Assembly (NCBI GenBank): GCA_027622665.1
Contig: JAQBYT010000002.1
Coordinates: forward strand, 224,001 to 288,000
DNA from: Verrucomicrobiota bacterium
GTDB taxonomy: Bacteria; Verrucomicrobiota; Verrucomicrobiia; Opitutales; Seribacteraceae
Length of the DNA: 64,000 nt
Reading direction: 5' to 3'
Shown piece by piece: positions 21,512-31,034 of this stretch (position 1 is the first letter of the stretch; every line of letters starts with the position of its first letter). The position numbers and the translations under genes are program-made. Under the pieces are notes generated by a model. That model did no database searches. It had not been told where the DNA came from and was given only the letters and a program-made list of their open reading frames with translations.

Positions 21512-22874
21512 AAGAGACTTTCTCAAATCCTCCGCCTTGGGCGCAGGCGCCCTGGCCATGCCTGCCGCTCTACTTGCAGAACCTGCCAGAGGCAACCTGC
21601 CCAAGCGTTTCATCTTTATCCGGAAATCGAGCGGGATCAGACCGGCTGAAATCGCTCTTCCAGATTTTTCCGAAAAGGACAAGGCGCTCGACGAGAAAAA
21701 GGAACCGCTGGAAGTCGATCTGGACAAGCATGAGCTTCCAAAATGGCTGCGCGGACTGGATGCGCATAAGGAGCACATGACTATTCTTCAGGGACTTTCG
21801 GCCAAGATGAGTGAAAATGTTCATTGGTCATTCTCGTCGGTTATGGGTTGCTTTAAATCAAACCGGAACACCCTCAGCGCCATCAAGCGTACGACGATTG
21901 ATTTCGAATTGGCCAAGCTTTTTCCTTCGCCCTTCGGGCACGTCGAGCTGTCCTTTGCGGGCGGCCGGACGGGTATTGTCGACGGTTACTCGGCTCCGGC
22001 GCCGCAAACGCGTAATTACTGCTATGCAGATCCGGATACGGCGCGAAGCGAGCTCTTCAAGTCCGTCCTTAATCCCGAAGCGGTCAATTCGGACAATGAC
22101 ATGCTTTCGTTTTTGCAGAGCAAAGAAGGCCTTAAGACCAGTGGCGTGAGAGGTAATGAAAGAAAGCGCCAAGAGAAGCATATTCAGTCGATTGAATCGA
22201 TTCGCGAACGCAACGAAAAGCTGATCAAGATTTCCGGATCGCTTGCCAAGCACCTACCCGAACTTCCTCCCATGCATGCAAACGGTGGCCCGAATGCGAG
22301 CACCCCGGAAAAGCAGGCAGCCATGACGGACGTGCTGATCGCAGCCTTGAAGGCCGACCTGACCAACGTGGTAACCTACACGATCGACGACCTTGGTACG
22401 CCAATCACCGGGCTGCCGGGAAATGAGACCGACCGGGTCGGCATCCACCCCTTGGGGCATGACGAAGCCTTTGGAGGCGTGCCCGCCTGGAAGACCAGGG
22501 AGCAGATCCGGATCAGTCACGTGAACCAGATCAAGACGATCATCGAAAAACTCAAGCAGGTGCCGGAAGGCAAAGGGACGATGTTCGACAACACGATGGT
22601 CATGTATTTCCCGGAGAACGGGGAAACCCACCACGGCGTTGGCTCGGAGGCACCTTTCCTCATCATGGCCGGCTCCGGTTGCAACCTCGATATGTCGGGT
22701 CGCTACGTTCGCTTGCCTTACCTTGGAGACGAGGGCCACAAGACCTTGGGCAACTTGTACACCACCTTGCTCAACGCCCACGGCAATCCGATCAAGCATT
22801 ATGGAGACCTGGATCTCGAGATGTCCCGTAAGAAGTTTGATCAGCTCGGCTCGATCAAGCAATTCATGGGCTAG
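21501..22874 (+). CDS. DUF1552 family protein with Tat signal, paralogue of 5551-6951
   Basis: ATG at 21501 (MTTRRDFLK) overlaps the upstream stop; TILQGLSAKM, DFELAKLFPSP, HPLGHD, GTMFDNT, GHKTLGN. Confidence 0.88.
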   Translation: MTTRRDFLKSSALGAGALAMPAALLAEPARGNLPKRFIFIRKSSGIRPAEIALPDFSEKDKALDEKKEPLEVDLDKHELPKWLRGLDAHKEHMTILQGLSAKMSENVHWSFSSVMGCFKSNRNTLSAIKRTTIDFELAKLFPSPFGHVELSFAGGRTGIVDGYSAPAPQTRNYCYADPDTARSELFKSVLNPEAVNSDNDMLSFLQSKEGLKTSGVRGNERKRQEKHIQSIESIRERNEKLIKISGSLAKHLPELPPMHANGGPNASTPEKQAAMTDVLIAALKADLTNVVTYTIDDLGTPITGLPGNETDRVGIHPLGHDEAFGGVPAWKTREQIRISHVNQIKTIIEKLKQVPEGKGTMFDNTMVMYFPENGETHHGVGSEAPFLIMAGSGCNLDMSGRYVRLPYLGDEGHKTLGNLYTTLLNAHGNPIKHYGDLDLEMSRKKFDQLGSIKQFMG

Positions 22875-22965
22875 AATAAGTGGTCATTCAAGCAACTGTC
22901 TCGGGTGAGAGAGACCGTCTGAATCATTTTGGAATTCAACCAATCACGCATTTTCCTTTGCAGGC

Positions 22966-24129
22966 TTAAGGAGTGATCCGGACCAAGTCCCTTTGGGAGC
23001 GAACGTAGATGCCTGACTTGTCGATGGCGGGTTCGCCAAAGGTCCATGATGCGCCTACGGGATCGGTTGCCAGTCAGCTCAAGGAGTCCGGGGAAAACGG
23101 CTTGGTCAAGTCGATGACGTAAAGCACGCCGGCGCCGCCTTGCCAATAGAGTTTGTCCTCATGGCGAACGGGGTAGGCCGGGCTGTTGTGGCCGAACCCG
23201 CCGCGTTGTATGCCGCGCACCGAGCCCACCCGTTTGTTAACCCCGAGGTCGCGGGAGTTTCGGATTCCCCTGGTGAACTGAAAGTCGACCTTGTTCCAGA
23301 CCATCTTGTCGGCCAATAACTGGATTGGCGCCTCGACCAAGGTGGACTTGCCGGTTTTTACGTCGATGCAGCCAATGTCTTCGCTGTCGTAGCGCCAGAT
23401 AGTAGATACGGTCGTTGAATACGTGTACGGTGGATGGTGTCGGCGGTTCCCGTGAGCCAGGTCGTTGCGGTTCAGATAGTGCTGCTTTTCCCAGTCGTTT
23501 CCATGCCGTACGTACGGCTTCGGTGGCTTGTCCAAGTCGGGTACAGCCAAATCGATGGCTTTTTGCAGGGCGCTCAGGTACACCTCCATGTGGCCGGCTG
23601 TCAGTTCCAGTTCCAGTTCCGATTTCAGTGACTCGCCGTGCTTGCCCGCGGGATCTTCGATCAGGTCGCCGCTGAAGTCCCGGTCGATCTGTAGTAGGTC
23701 GCGCAGGGTCCGGGCGATTTGACTATTGGTCAGTCGGCTGAATCGGAAGTTCCGTTTGTCGGAGTCTGCATAGACCTGGTCCAATTCTTTCAACACCTTA
23801 GCCACGAAGGTTTTGCGGTTGGCGATACTCGGTTGGATGGATTCTTTCGGAGGCATGTCGCCCCGTTGCAAGTTGTCCAGCGCTTCCTGCCAATGCTTGG
23901 TGTTCTCCAATCGGAAATCAGTCAGTTTCAAGAAATTGATTCCGCCCTTTTTCTTTTCGGCATTATGGCACTTCGTGCAGTGGGCCTTGAAGAATGATTC
24001 GATGGTGGGGGTTTCCTCGAGATGGGTTCCTCCCTTTTCGGACTGCTCTTCCGGTACCGTCGGATTTGGTTTTTCGCCCAAGGCGAACCCACAGACCGAA
24101 CAAAGGATGATGAAAACTATTCTAGCCAA
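22966..24129 (-). pseudogene. Chimeric pseudogene: DUF1592-type N-terminus fused to the C-terminus of a PQQ-like beta-propeller protein, with an internal TGA
   Basis: CTKCH...GDMPP and SRLTNSQIARTLRDLL, then an abrupt switch near 23420 to IGCIDVKTGK...KLYWQGGAGVLYVID; TGA at 23074-23076 is followed in frame by LATDPVGASWTFGEPAIDKSGIYVRSQRDLVRITP-stop. Confidence 0.75.
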
Positions 24130-24241
24130 ATTTACGACCCAATATACAAGGCGCTATGCCGGTTTACGGCAAGCAAAAGCCTAGTCTGTTCAGGTGAAAC
24201 CGAATGGGAGAAAATAGCCTGCCTGACAGGTGGAGAACCTG

Positions 24242-26119
24242 TTATTTCTTGAGCGCCTGGGCCGAGTACTTGGCCTTTCCCCGTCCATTTCCTCCGCTCA
24301 TCATGTCGGGCATGTCGGGGTAAGAGACGAGAAAGTTGTGCTCGTCCACGAAATTAAAAACATAGTGCGTCGAACCTTTCGGTAGGTTCCCAATCAGTTG
24401 ATCGCCTTCCACTTGGGCAGGGGCAAGATACCATTCCTCAGATTTTTCACCACCGTTGAGGGTGTAGACGATTTGACCGCTGACGACTTTTGAGCCTCTT
24501 TCCTCGAAGCGGGCCCAAACCTTCGTTCCATCACGGCCATTTTCGAGTGCTTGGCATACCTTCTCCTTGTGGGGTAAGGGGTGCTTGAAATGAGGGTTTC
24601 GATAGGGATAGGACGCTTGCATGGCATTCAGTCGGCGAAAGAGTTCCTTCCGCATTTGCTCGGCCTTTTCAGGCATTTTGTCTGCCAGGTTCTTGGCTTC
24701 CTCGATGTCCGTCCGTTTGGATGGGTTCGGATAATTCTCGTATAATTGATAAAGTTCGAGCGGAGGTCTCTTGGGCATGTAGTTGTAAATCAATTTCCAG
24801 CCATCGATCCGCAAGGTTGATTGCTGGGCCACTCCGTGTGGGAAATGCCAAACCATTGCGTTTCTCGGTTTTCCGTTTTTGTCTTTTACCAACCGCGCCT
24901 CTTTGGGGTTTTGCCGTAGCAAGTGGCTCAAGTCGGAGCCATCCAAGTTTTGCTTCTTCGGCTTTTTCGTTCCCGTCCAGCTAAGGATAGTCGGGTAAAA
25001 GTCCAAGCCGTTCACCATGACGTTGCTTTCCTGATTTGGCTTGATCCGTGGTCCGACGATAATGAATGGCACGCGCACACCACCCTCCTTGGCGTTGATT
25101 TTGCCTTTGTCCAATGGGTAGTTGTCCGTGATGATCTCTCCGGGAACTCTCTCCATGCCACCGTTGTCGGAGGTGAACATAACATAGGTGTTCTCGATCA
25201 GTTTGTGGCCGGGCCATCGCGGGTCATCGGTTTGTTCGAGGTATTGGATGATTTGCCCGACATAATGGTCGAACATCTCCACCATGGCGCAGTAGTAGGG
25301 GTTCTTTTGCCCTGGGAGGGGCCATCCATTGGGGTCGGTCGGGTAGGGGACGTCGAGTTTCTTGCAATATTTCTCGAGTAGTTCCTTGCTCCGGCTGTGA
25401 ATCGGGGTGTGCACCAGCCAGGCCGCGTAGTAGAGAAAGAACGGCTTGGCCTTGTTCTCCTGCATGAACCGGATCGCGTCGACTGTGGTTTGATCCTTGG
25501 GGACACCGTCCGCGTCCAGGCGAAAGGGGTCGTTCTTCGCCTTCGTTGCAAACCCTGTCAGGCGATGCGGGCGCATGCCGCGGCTTTCGCCCAAGTCATG
25601 CCTCGTGAAGGCAAACCCTTGGTCTTTCGGTTGAGGAAAGGCGTTGTGGTCGATCGCCATGTGCCACTTGCCGGTGTGGCCGGAAACATAGCCATTGGTC
25701 CGGAGAGCTTCCGCGATGGTTACTTCCTCCAGTTTCATTCTGCCGCTGTACCAGGGATCCATGATCGGATGGGCCAGCTTGTTGTACGGCGTGGGAGGAT
25801 TGCCACCCACCACGTGGGTCTTCTGGGCAACCGCAGGGTGCCGTCCGCTCATGATGGCGCAGCGCGTCGGGGCACAGGTTGGGGCCGGCGAATACCCTTG
25901 GCGAAAGAGCACTCCCTTCTTCGCCAAGGCATCGATGTGGGGCGTCTCCATTGGAGTCAGTGCGTCGAGGTCGTAGCACTTCGCGTCCTGCCAGCCCAGG
26001 TCGTCGGCCAACAGTAGCACGACGTTGGGGCGACTGGGTCGTTCGTTTGACCAAAGCTGAAATGCGATCAGCAGAAAAGAAGAGAAAATAAAGAGGAAGT
26101 TTTGTAGAGGATTCATCAA
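24242..26119 (-). CDS. Sulfatase (S1 family) with C-terminal extension
   Basis: RPNVVLLLADDLGW, CAPTRCAIMSG, GKWH, VHTP, TSDNGG, EGGVRVP, WHFPH. Confidence 0.93.
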   Translation of the reverse strand: MMNPLQNFLFIFSSFLLIAFQLWSNERPSRPNVVLLLADDLGWQDAKCYDLDALTPMETPHIDALAKKGVLFRQGYSPAPTCAPTRCAIMSGRHPAVAQKTHVVGGNPPTPYNKLAHPIMDPWYSGRMKLEEVTIAEALRTNGYVSGHTGKWHMAIDHNAFPQPKDQGFAFTRHDLGESRGMRPHRLTGFATKAKNDPFRLDADGVPKDQTTVDAIRFMQENKAKPFFLYYAAWLVHTPIHSRSKELLEKYCKKLDVPYPTDPNGWPLPGQKNPYYCAMVEMFDHYVGQIIQYLEQTDDPRWPGHKLIENTYVMFTSDNGGMERVPGEIITDNYPLDKGKINAKEGGVRVPFIIVGPRIKPNQESNVMVNGLDFYPTILSWTGTKKPKKQNLDGSDLSHLLRQNPKEARLVKDKNGKPRNAMVWHFPHGVAQQSTLRIDGWKLIYNYMPKRPPLELYQLYENYPNPSKRTDIEEAKNLADKMPEKAEQMRKELFRRLNAMQASYPYRNPHFKHPLPHKEKVCQALENGRDGTKVWARFEERGSKVVSGQIVYTLNGGEKSEEWYLAPAQVEGDQLIGNLPKGSTHYVFNFVDEHNFLVSYPDMPDMMSGGNGRGKAKYSAQALKK

Positions 26120-26418
26120 TGAAGAAGGTTTTTAATTGGGAGAAGATGTGTTTTACAACCCTTCTGGAAAATCATCCAACTTGCGGAAGATGTTCAATTT
26201 CAAAACCAGACAACCAGAGGGAACGGAAACTCAGGAGTCAACGGTGATACCATCAGTGTATTTTTTATCATTAGTATGATACCGCATGAATTCATTTCTC
26301 TTTTAGGCAGCCTGGTATATCTTGGGAGGCTAAACAAAACAATGTTTGGAGCAATAGCTCGAAAATATAATAAATTAAGTGAATTTGCTAAATCAAAAAA
26401 AAAGCCAATGACTAGAAT

Positions 26419-27597
26419 ATGAAATCAACTTCAGTATTTCTTGTATTTTGTTTGTCTGTCATGTGTGCGAGCACGGCAGCAATACCAAAGAAACCAAATG
26501 TAATTATCATTCCGACAGATGATCCGGGCACCGTGGATAATAATTGCCTCGGTTCAAAAGATTTCATTACCCCAAATCCCGACCGACTGGCAAAGGAGGA
26601 GCTTCAGTGTTCACCGGTTTCTGCCGTGGCACCCTTTGGTACGCCATCGTGGGTAGAAGTTTCCATGCCCGTATTAAAGAAACTTGAACAGGAAAATCGA
26701 AAGATCTCTTGGCCCGGGAAAACGGCCGGTGTCGCCGTCGATCCCGCCACCGGTCATGTCTTTATGATCGTACCCGGGCAGGGCATCTGGAAATCTCAAG
26801 ATCAGGGGAGCACTTTCAATCGGATCGACCAAGGACAGGTCGGAGGCCGGTGCGAAACCTCTTACTCATTACAATTCGACCCATCCGGAAAGCGACTGGC
26901 TTGCTTCATGCTCGATGGCAAATGCGGCATAACGGTTGATGGAGGGAAGACTTGGGCATCCTTCACCGACCTTGGGAGGAATTGGGATTATGCGGCCGTC
27001 GATTGGTCTAGTCATCCAGTTAAGAACATCATTGGGGCGCGGCATGAAACCGGCGGAGAGGTTTTTCTCAGTCATGATGCGGGAAAGACATGGGGCAAGC
27101 TCTTTGCCGATCCGGAATTCGAAAAGACCGGCGGTCTGGGTATCTTCGGTGCAAAAACCTTGGTGTACACGATGAAAGGTCGCGGCATTCAGCGTTCGAT
27201 CAATTCTGGAAAAACCTGGACTCAAATATCTGATCTTGAACCTTGGGGACGAGTCGTTCGAATCCGAAACGGGACGGCCTACTGGTTGACCCGGAAAGGC
27301 TTGCTGGTAAGCAAGGACAAGGGAGCCACTTGGACTCGAAAAGGCGCGACCGTCGAAGCAAGCATCGGCCCACTTTTCAACCTCAAAGACGAAGAGCACA
27401 TGGCGGTGGCCGGATTGAAAGGCATTTTTGAAACCCGGGACGAAGGTGCATCGTGGACCTTTGTTGCAAAGCTGCCGGCTAAATTCGATTTACCCAAACC
27501 CGGCTGGTTCTCAAACTTGGACTGGGATCCCGAACGAGGCTTGTATTATTCTTCCCGGATGGGAATGGCTACGTTCAAGCTCAAAGTCGGCGAGTAG
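26419..27597 (+). CDS. BNR/Asp-box beta-propeller protein with a degenerate sulfatase N-terminus
   Basis: Repeated S-x-D-x-G-x-T-W boxes (SQDQGSTF, TVDGGKTW, SHDAGKTW, SKDKGATW, TRDEGASW); the first ~77 aa read KPNVIIIPTDD...TPNPDRLAKE. Confidence 0.8.
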   Translation: MKSTSVFLVFCLSVMCASTAAIPKKPNVIIIPTDDPGTVDNNCLGSKDFITPNPDRLAKEELQCSPVSAVAPFGTPSWVEVSMPVLKKLEQENRKISWPGKTAGVAVDPATGHVFMIVPGQGIWKSQDQGSTFNRIDQGQVGGRCETSYSLQFDPSGKRLACFMLDGKCGITVDGGKTWASFTDLGRNWDYAAVDWSSHPVKNIIGARHETGGEVFLSHDAGKTWGKLFADPEFEKTGGLGIFGAKTLVYTMKGRGIQRSINSGKTWTQISDLEPWGRVVRIRNGTAYWLTRKGLLVSKDKGATWTRKGATVEASIGPLFNLKDEEHMAVAGLKGIFETRDEGASWTFVAKLPAKFDLPKPGWFSNLDWDPERGLYYSSRMGMATFKLKVGE

Positions 27598-27609
27598 ACC
27601 TAGATTTGA

Positions 27610-28953
27610 TTATTCTTCGAGCTTAAGAGGAACTGCGTTCAAAGCTTTCATTTCCTCGCCTGAATCAAGATTCAAAACATGAAGTTTTCCCTCCGATCCA
27701 GCGGCCATGATCGTATTGGTTGCAGGATGAAACGCGAGCGTGAAAACCGGACTTCCAATGTTAATCATTTTATGTCGTTTTCCATTTTCCGTTTTGAACA
27801 CATGCACTTCACCCTTGTCTCCACCGGCGGCAAACAAGGAACCATCACGGTTAAAGGCAATGGCTTGAATCGGCGGCGTGATCGGTTCGGATTCCCGCAA
27901 ATAACTTTTTTCGGCATTATCACCTTCAGCCAATCGACCACCACGCGGTTCCATTTTGTGCAGTCGAATACGACCATGTTCTCCACCGTGGGCAACAATG
28001 GGTTCTGACGGATGACGGGCCAGACAAAGTTCGGGATCACGAGGAATGTTTACGTCGTCCACCAATTGACCGCTCTCTACATCGATGAGCTTGATCAATT
28101 TATCCCTACTTGCTGAAACTAGGCGTTTCCCGTCAGGCGTAAACGCCGTGTCTAAGACCCAGTCGGTATGATTGTCGCATCGCATGATTTCCCTTCCGTT
28201 CTTAACGGCAAAAATCCGCACCAGTTTATCCGCCCCGCCGACCGCTATCTTTTGACTGTCCGGCGACCATGAAACCCCGTAAAGGGCATCCCTCGAAGCG
28301 CGAATTCGTCGCTCCAGTTTTTGTGCTTTCACATCCCATATTTGCAGTTCGCCAAATTCTGCGGGAATCCCCCCGGATGCGGCGAGTCGAAGACCATCTG
28401 GAGAAAAAGCCAATGATTCAATACGAGGCAACGCACCCAGCAACCTGGCGTGGACATTCATCGTCCTGCTGTTGTAAAGGAGTATCTCATGATAGCCCGT
28501 TACGGCAAGCAATCCACCGTCCGGACTGTAGGCGAGGCCGGAGACGGATGGGTTGCTCGTATATACCGGCGGGGTTGTCGGTGGTTGAAAAAAGTCGGGA
28601 GCATGTTTCGGTGTATCGTCGCGGGCGCCTTCAAGTACCCAACGATGAAGGAGGCGGATCTCTTCGGTTCGTAAGGTTTCTCCCTTGGGTGGCATTTCCG
28701 GCTCATCTCCAGACACTTGATTTACCATCAGGCTTAGATCGGGATGCCCTGGTTTGAAAATTGCACCGCTCTTCCCACCTTTTTGGAGGCCTGTGTACGT
28801 GGTGAGATCCAGCTTTCCCTTCAGCTGCACCGGGCGATGACAGGAAACACAGTTAGCCTTGAAAAGCGGGCGTACATCATGAAACCAGCTCACTGGTTCG
28901 GCGGCACAGGTGAATCCAACGAACAAGAAGCATGAGAATAGTATTCTGATCAT
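27610..28953 (-). CDS. Planctomycete cytochrome c domain + WD40 repeat protein
   Basis: CVSCH...LDL...GGKSG...EMPP then WD40 repeats (LAYSPDG, LAFSPDG, VSWSPDS, HTDWVLDTAFTPDG); ATG at 28953 overlaps the upstream stop. Confidence 0.9.
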   Translation of the reverse strand: MIRILFSCFLFVGFTCAAEPVSWFHDVRPLFKANCVSCHRPVQLKGKLDLTTYTGLQKGGKSGAIFKPGHPDLSLMVNQVSGDEPEMPPKGETLRTEEIRLLHRWVLEGARDDTPKHAPDFFQPPTTPPVYTSNPSVSGLAYSPDGGLLAVTGYHEILLYNSRTMNVHARLLGALPRIESLAFSPDGLRLAASGGIPAEFGELQIWDVKAQKLERRIRASRDALYGVSWSPDSQKIAVGGADKLVRIFAVKNGREIMRCDNHTDWVLDTAFTPDGKRLVSASRDKLIKLIDVESGQLVDDVNIPRDPELCLARHPSEPIVAHGGEHGRIRLHKMEPRGGRLAEGDNAEKSYLRESEPITPPIQAIAFNRDGSLFAAGGDKGEVHVFKTENGKRHKMINIGSPVFTLAFHPATNTIMAAGSEGKLHVLNLDSGEEMKALNAVPLKLEE

Positions 28954-29729
28954 TTTGACGTTTCGGAGACCTTGAGCGTATAAGCATGCCATTCACTGCC
29001 CAATCGATGGGCATCCTGCAGAACCACAAACCAGTTTGCTTCAACTGGAGGGGAAAAAACAAAATTGGGGTCACGATCCAAACCAGAATCATCCTGTCCC
29101 GCGACTTGACTTCCATTGTGATCAAAGATCGTGACGAACGGATCGAGCAGGTTTGTCCTGGTGTTGGTCATAACCGAAATTCGAATCTTTTGCCCGGCTT
29201 TCAATGAAATAGAAAATACATCCACGTCTTTCTCGTTATTGATTTCACCGAAAACGGATTGGCTTACCTTGATCGGTTGAGCGTCTTTGAACCCTTGATT
29301 CGGTTCTTTTTCGGGAATTTCTTTTTCTCCTGCGACTCGACAGGTCATGGGCTCTGTCTGCCCGCCCTCCGTCATGATGCGGACATTAAACGCTTTGCCG
29401 ATCCAATTCGCGGGAATAGAGCATTTCGCCATGCACATCGTCGATCCGATTTCCTTATTGTCGAATCCCTTGATTTCCCCCAAATCAGCTTTTTTATCAG
29501 TGGGATCGAATTCGAATGTTTCCCCGTCCAATTCAAGGATCATTTTTATTGCCTTATCCAGGTGGTCCCCCCGGAGCTGAATTGGGAGATCGGAGCCGAT
29601 GGGTATCAATAATGGAGCGATGATACGAGCCACCGGCAATTCAGGTTTCGCCGGAGGTTCTTTTTTCTCCTCTGCGCGGGCGACACTTGAAAGGAGATTC
29701 AGGCTCAATATACAAATCAACGCTCGCAC
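28950..29729 (-). CDS. Secreted PPC (bacterial pre-peptidase C-terminal) domain protein
   Basis: EKEPN...AQ, GEI...DVDVF, LDPFVTIFD, QDDSG.DRDP; usual member of DUF1501/DUF1549 clusters. Confidence 0.8.
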   Translation of the reverse strand: MRALICILSLNLLSSVARAEEKKEPPAKPELPVARIIAPLLIPIGSDLPIQLRGDHLDKAIKMILELDGETFEFDPTDKKADLGEIKGFDNKEIGSTMCMAKCSIPANWIGKAFNVRIMTEGGQTEPMTCRVAGEKEIPEKEPNQGFKDAQPIKVSQSVFGEINNEKDVDVFSISLKAGQKIRISVMTNTRTNLLDPFVTIFDHNGSQVAGQDDSGLDRDPNFVFSPPVEANWFVVLQDAHRLGSEWHAYTLKVSETSK

Positions 29730-29732
29730 GAT

Positions 29733-31025
29733 TTAACCGTATAACTCGTGAATGGGTGCACCTGTACTCAAGCTCGCCGTAGGCCGACCATCTGGCATGA
29801 GAATCTCCTCGCGAGGATCGATGCCAAGTGCCTCGTAAATCGTCCAAGCGACATCCGCCGGACTGATTGGTCGATCGATCACATAGGCGCCGTTTTTATC
29901 CGAGGCCCCAATCACCTGACCCTGTTGCACTCCGGCGCCAGCAAACAGCATACAGCCGGCATGATTCCAGTGGTCACGCCCTTTCTTGTCATTCACCTTC
30001 GGGGACCGGCCAAATTCTCCAAAAACGGCGACCAATGTATCCTTCAGCGTTCCACGTTGTTCCATATCCTTCATGAAAGCCGAGAAGCCCTGATCGAATT
30101 CCGGCAGTTTTTTATCAAGGCCTTCAAAAATCTTGGCGTGATGATCCCAGCCGGAATAGTTAACGGTGACAAATCGAACTCCGTGCTCCACTAGACGTCG
30201 GGCCATCAAACAACTTTGACCGAAGGTGTGGTGGCCATATTTCTCGCGCAGTTTTACGTCTTCTTTTTCCAAGTCGAACGCACCGCGGGCTTTTGGCGAA
30301 AGAACCATGTTGACCGCTTTCTTACCAAACTCGTCAAAGGTTGAAATCCGGTCGTCCGCCTCCACCCTGCGGGCCAATTGATCAATCGCGGTCAACAATT
30401 TTTGTCGACGCTCCATGACGAACTGCGTCGTTCCGTGGGTCAGGCCCAAGTCACGAACTTTGAAATCTTTTTGATTAGGATCTCCGCACTTAAACGATTC
30501 ATATCGTCCGCCAAGCCAGGCGCTCTTGCCTAACTCCCAGGTGAAAGAAGGATTCTTCGGTACTGCAACGTACGGTGGCATGATGCCGCTGAAACCGGCA
30601 TCATGCGCAACGACGGCGCCGATCGCCGGATGATCGCCGCGAGCCGAACCGAACCGTCCTGACAGCACCCAGTTGCTCGCCGTCTCGTGATGGTTGTTCG
30701 TGTGCGATTGGGAGCGAACGAGGGTTAATTTATCCATGACCTGTGCCGTCTTTGGCAACAACTCGCCGATGCGCAATCCTGTGACCGAAGTCGATATTGT
30801 TCCGTACTTCCCTCGAATCTCCTCCACCGCATCGGGTTTGGGATCGAAAGAATCATGATGCGAAATACCGCCGCCGAGAAAGATAAGGATAACCGACTTA
30901 GCTCGGGCAACGGATGGCCGGCTTTCGGAAGCGTACAACGCAGGAAGGGACAAACCCAACGGGGCCAGTGCCCCAACCTGCAGGAAGCTTCGCCGAGAAT
31001 AGGTGTTTGGTATAATTTTGATCAT
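29733..31025 (-). CDS. DUF1501 family protein with Tat signal
   Basis: SRRSFLQVG; AKSVILIFLGGGISHHDSFDPKP; GQSCLMARRLVEHGVRFV; WDHH; GEFGRSP; RDHW. Confidence 0.93.
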   Translation of the reverse strand: MIKIIPNTYSRRSFLQVGALAPLGLSLPALYASESRPSVARAKSVILIFLGGGISHHDSFDPKPDAVEEIRGKYGTISTSVTGLRIGELLPKTAQVMDKLTLVRSQSHTNNHHETASNWVLSGRFGSARGDHPAIGAVVAHDAGFSGIMPPYVAVPKNPSFTWELGKSAWLGGRYESFKCGDPNQKDFKVRDLGLTHGTTQFVMERRQKLLTAIDQLARRVEADDRISTFDEFGKKAVNMVLSPKARGAFDLEKEDVKLREKYGHHTFGQSCLMARRLVEHGVRFVTVNYSGWDHHAKIFEGLDKKLPEFDQGFSAFMKDMEQRGTLKDTLVAVFGEFGRSPKVNDKKGRDHWNHAGCMLFAGAGVQQGQVIGASDKNGAYVIDRPISPADVAWTIYEALGIDPREEILMPDGRPTASLSTGAPIHELYG

Positions 31026-31034
31026 TGTTTTCCT

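Noticed and set aside
23074..23076. In-frame TGA as selenocysteine or genetic-code change
   Set aside because: The context fits a Trp-to-stop change in an already chimeric gene; no redox motif or evident SECIS; TGA ends intact genes elsewhere in the window
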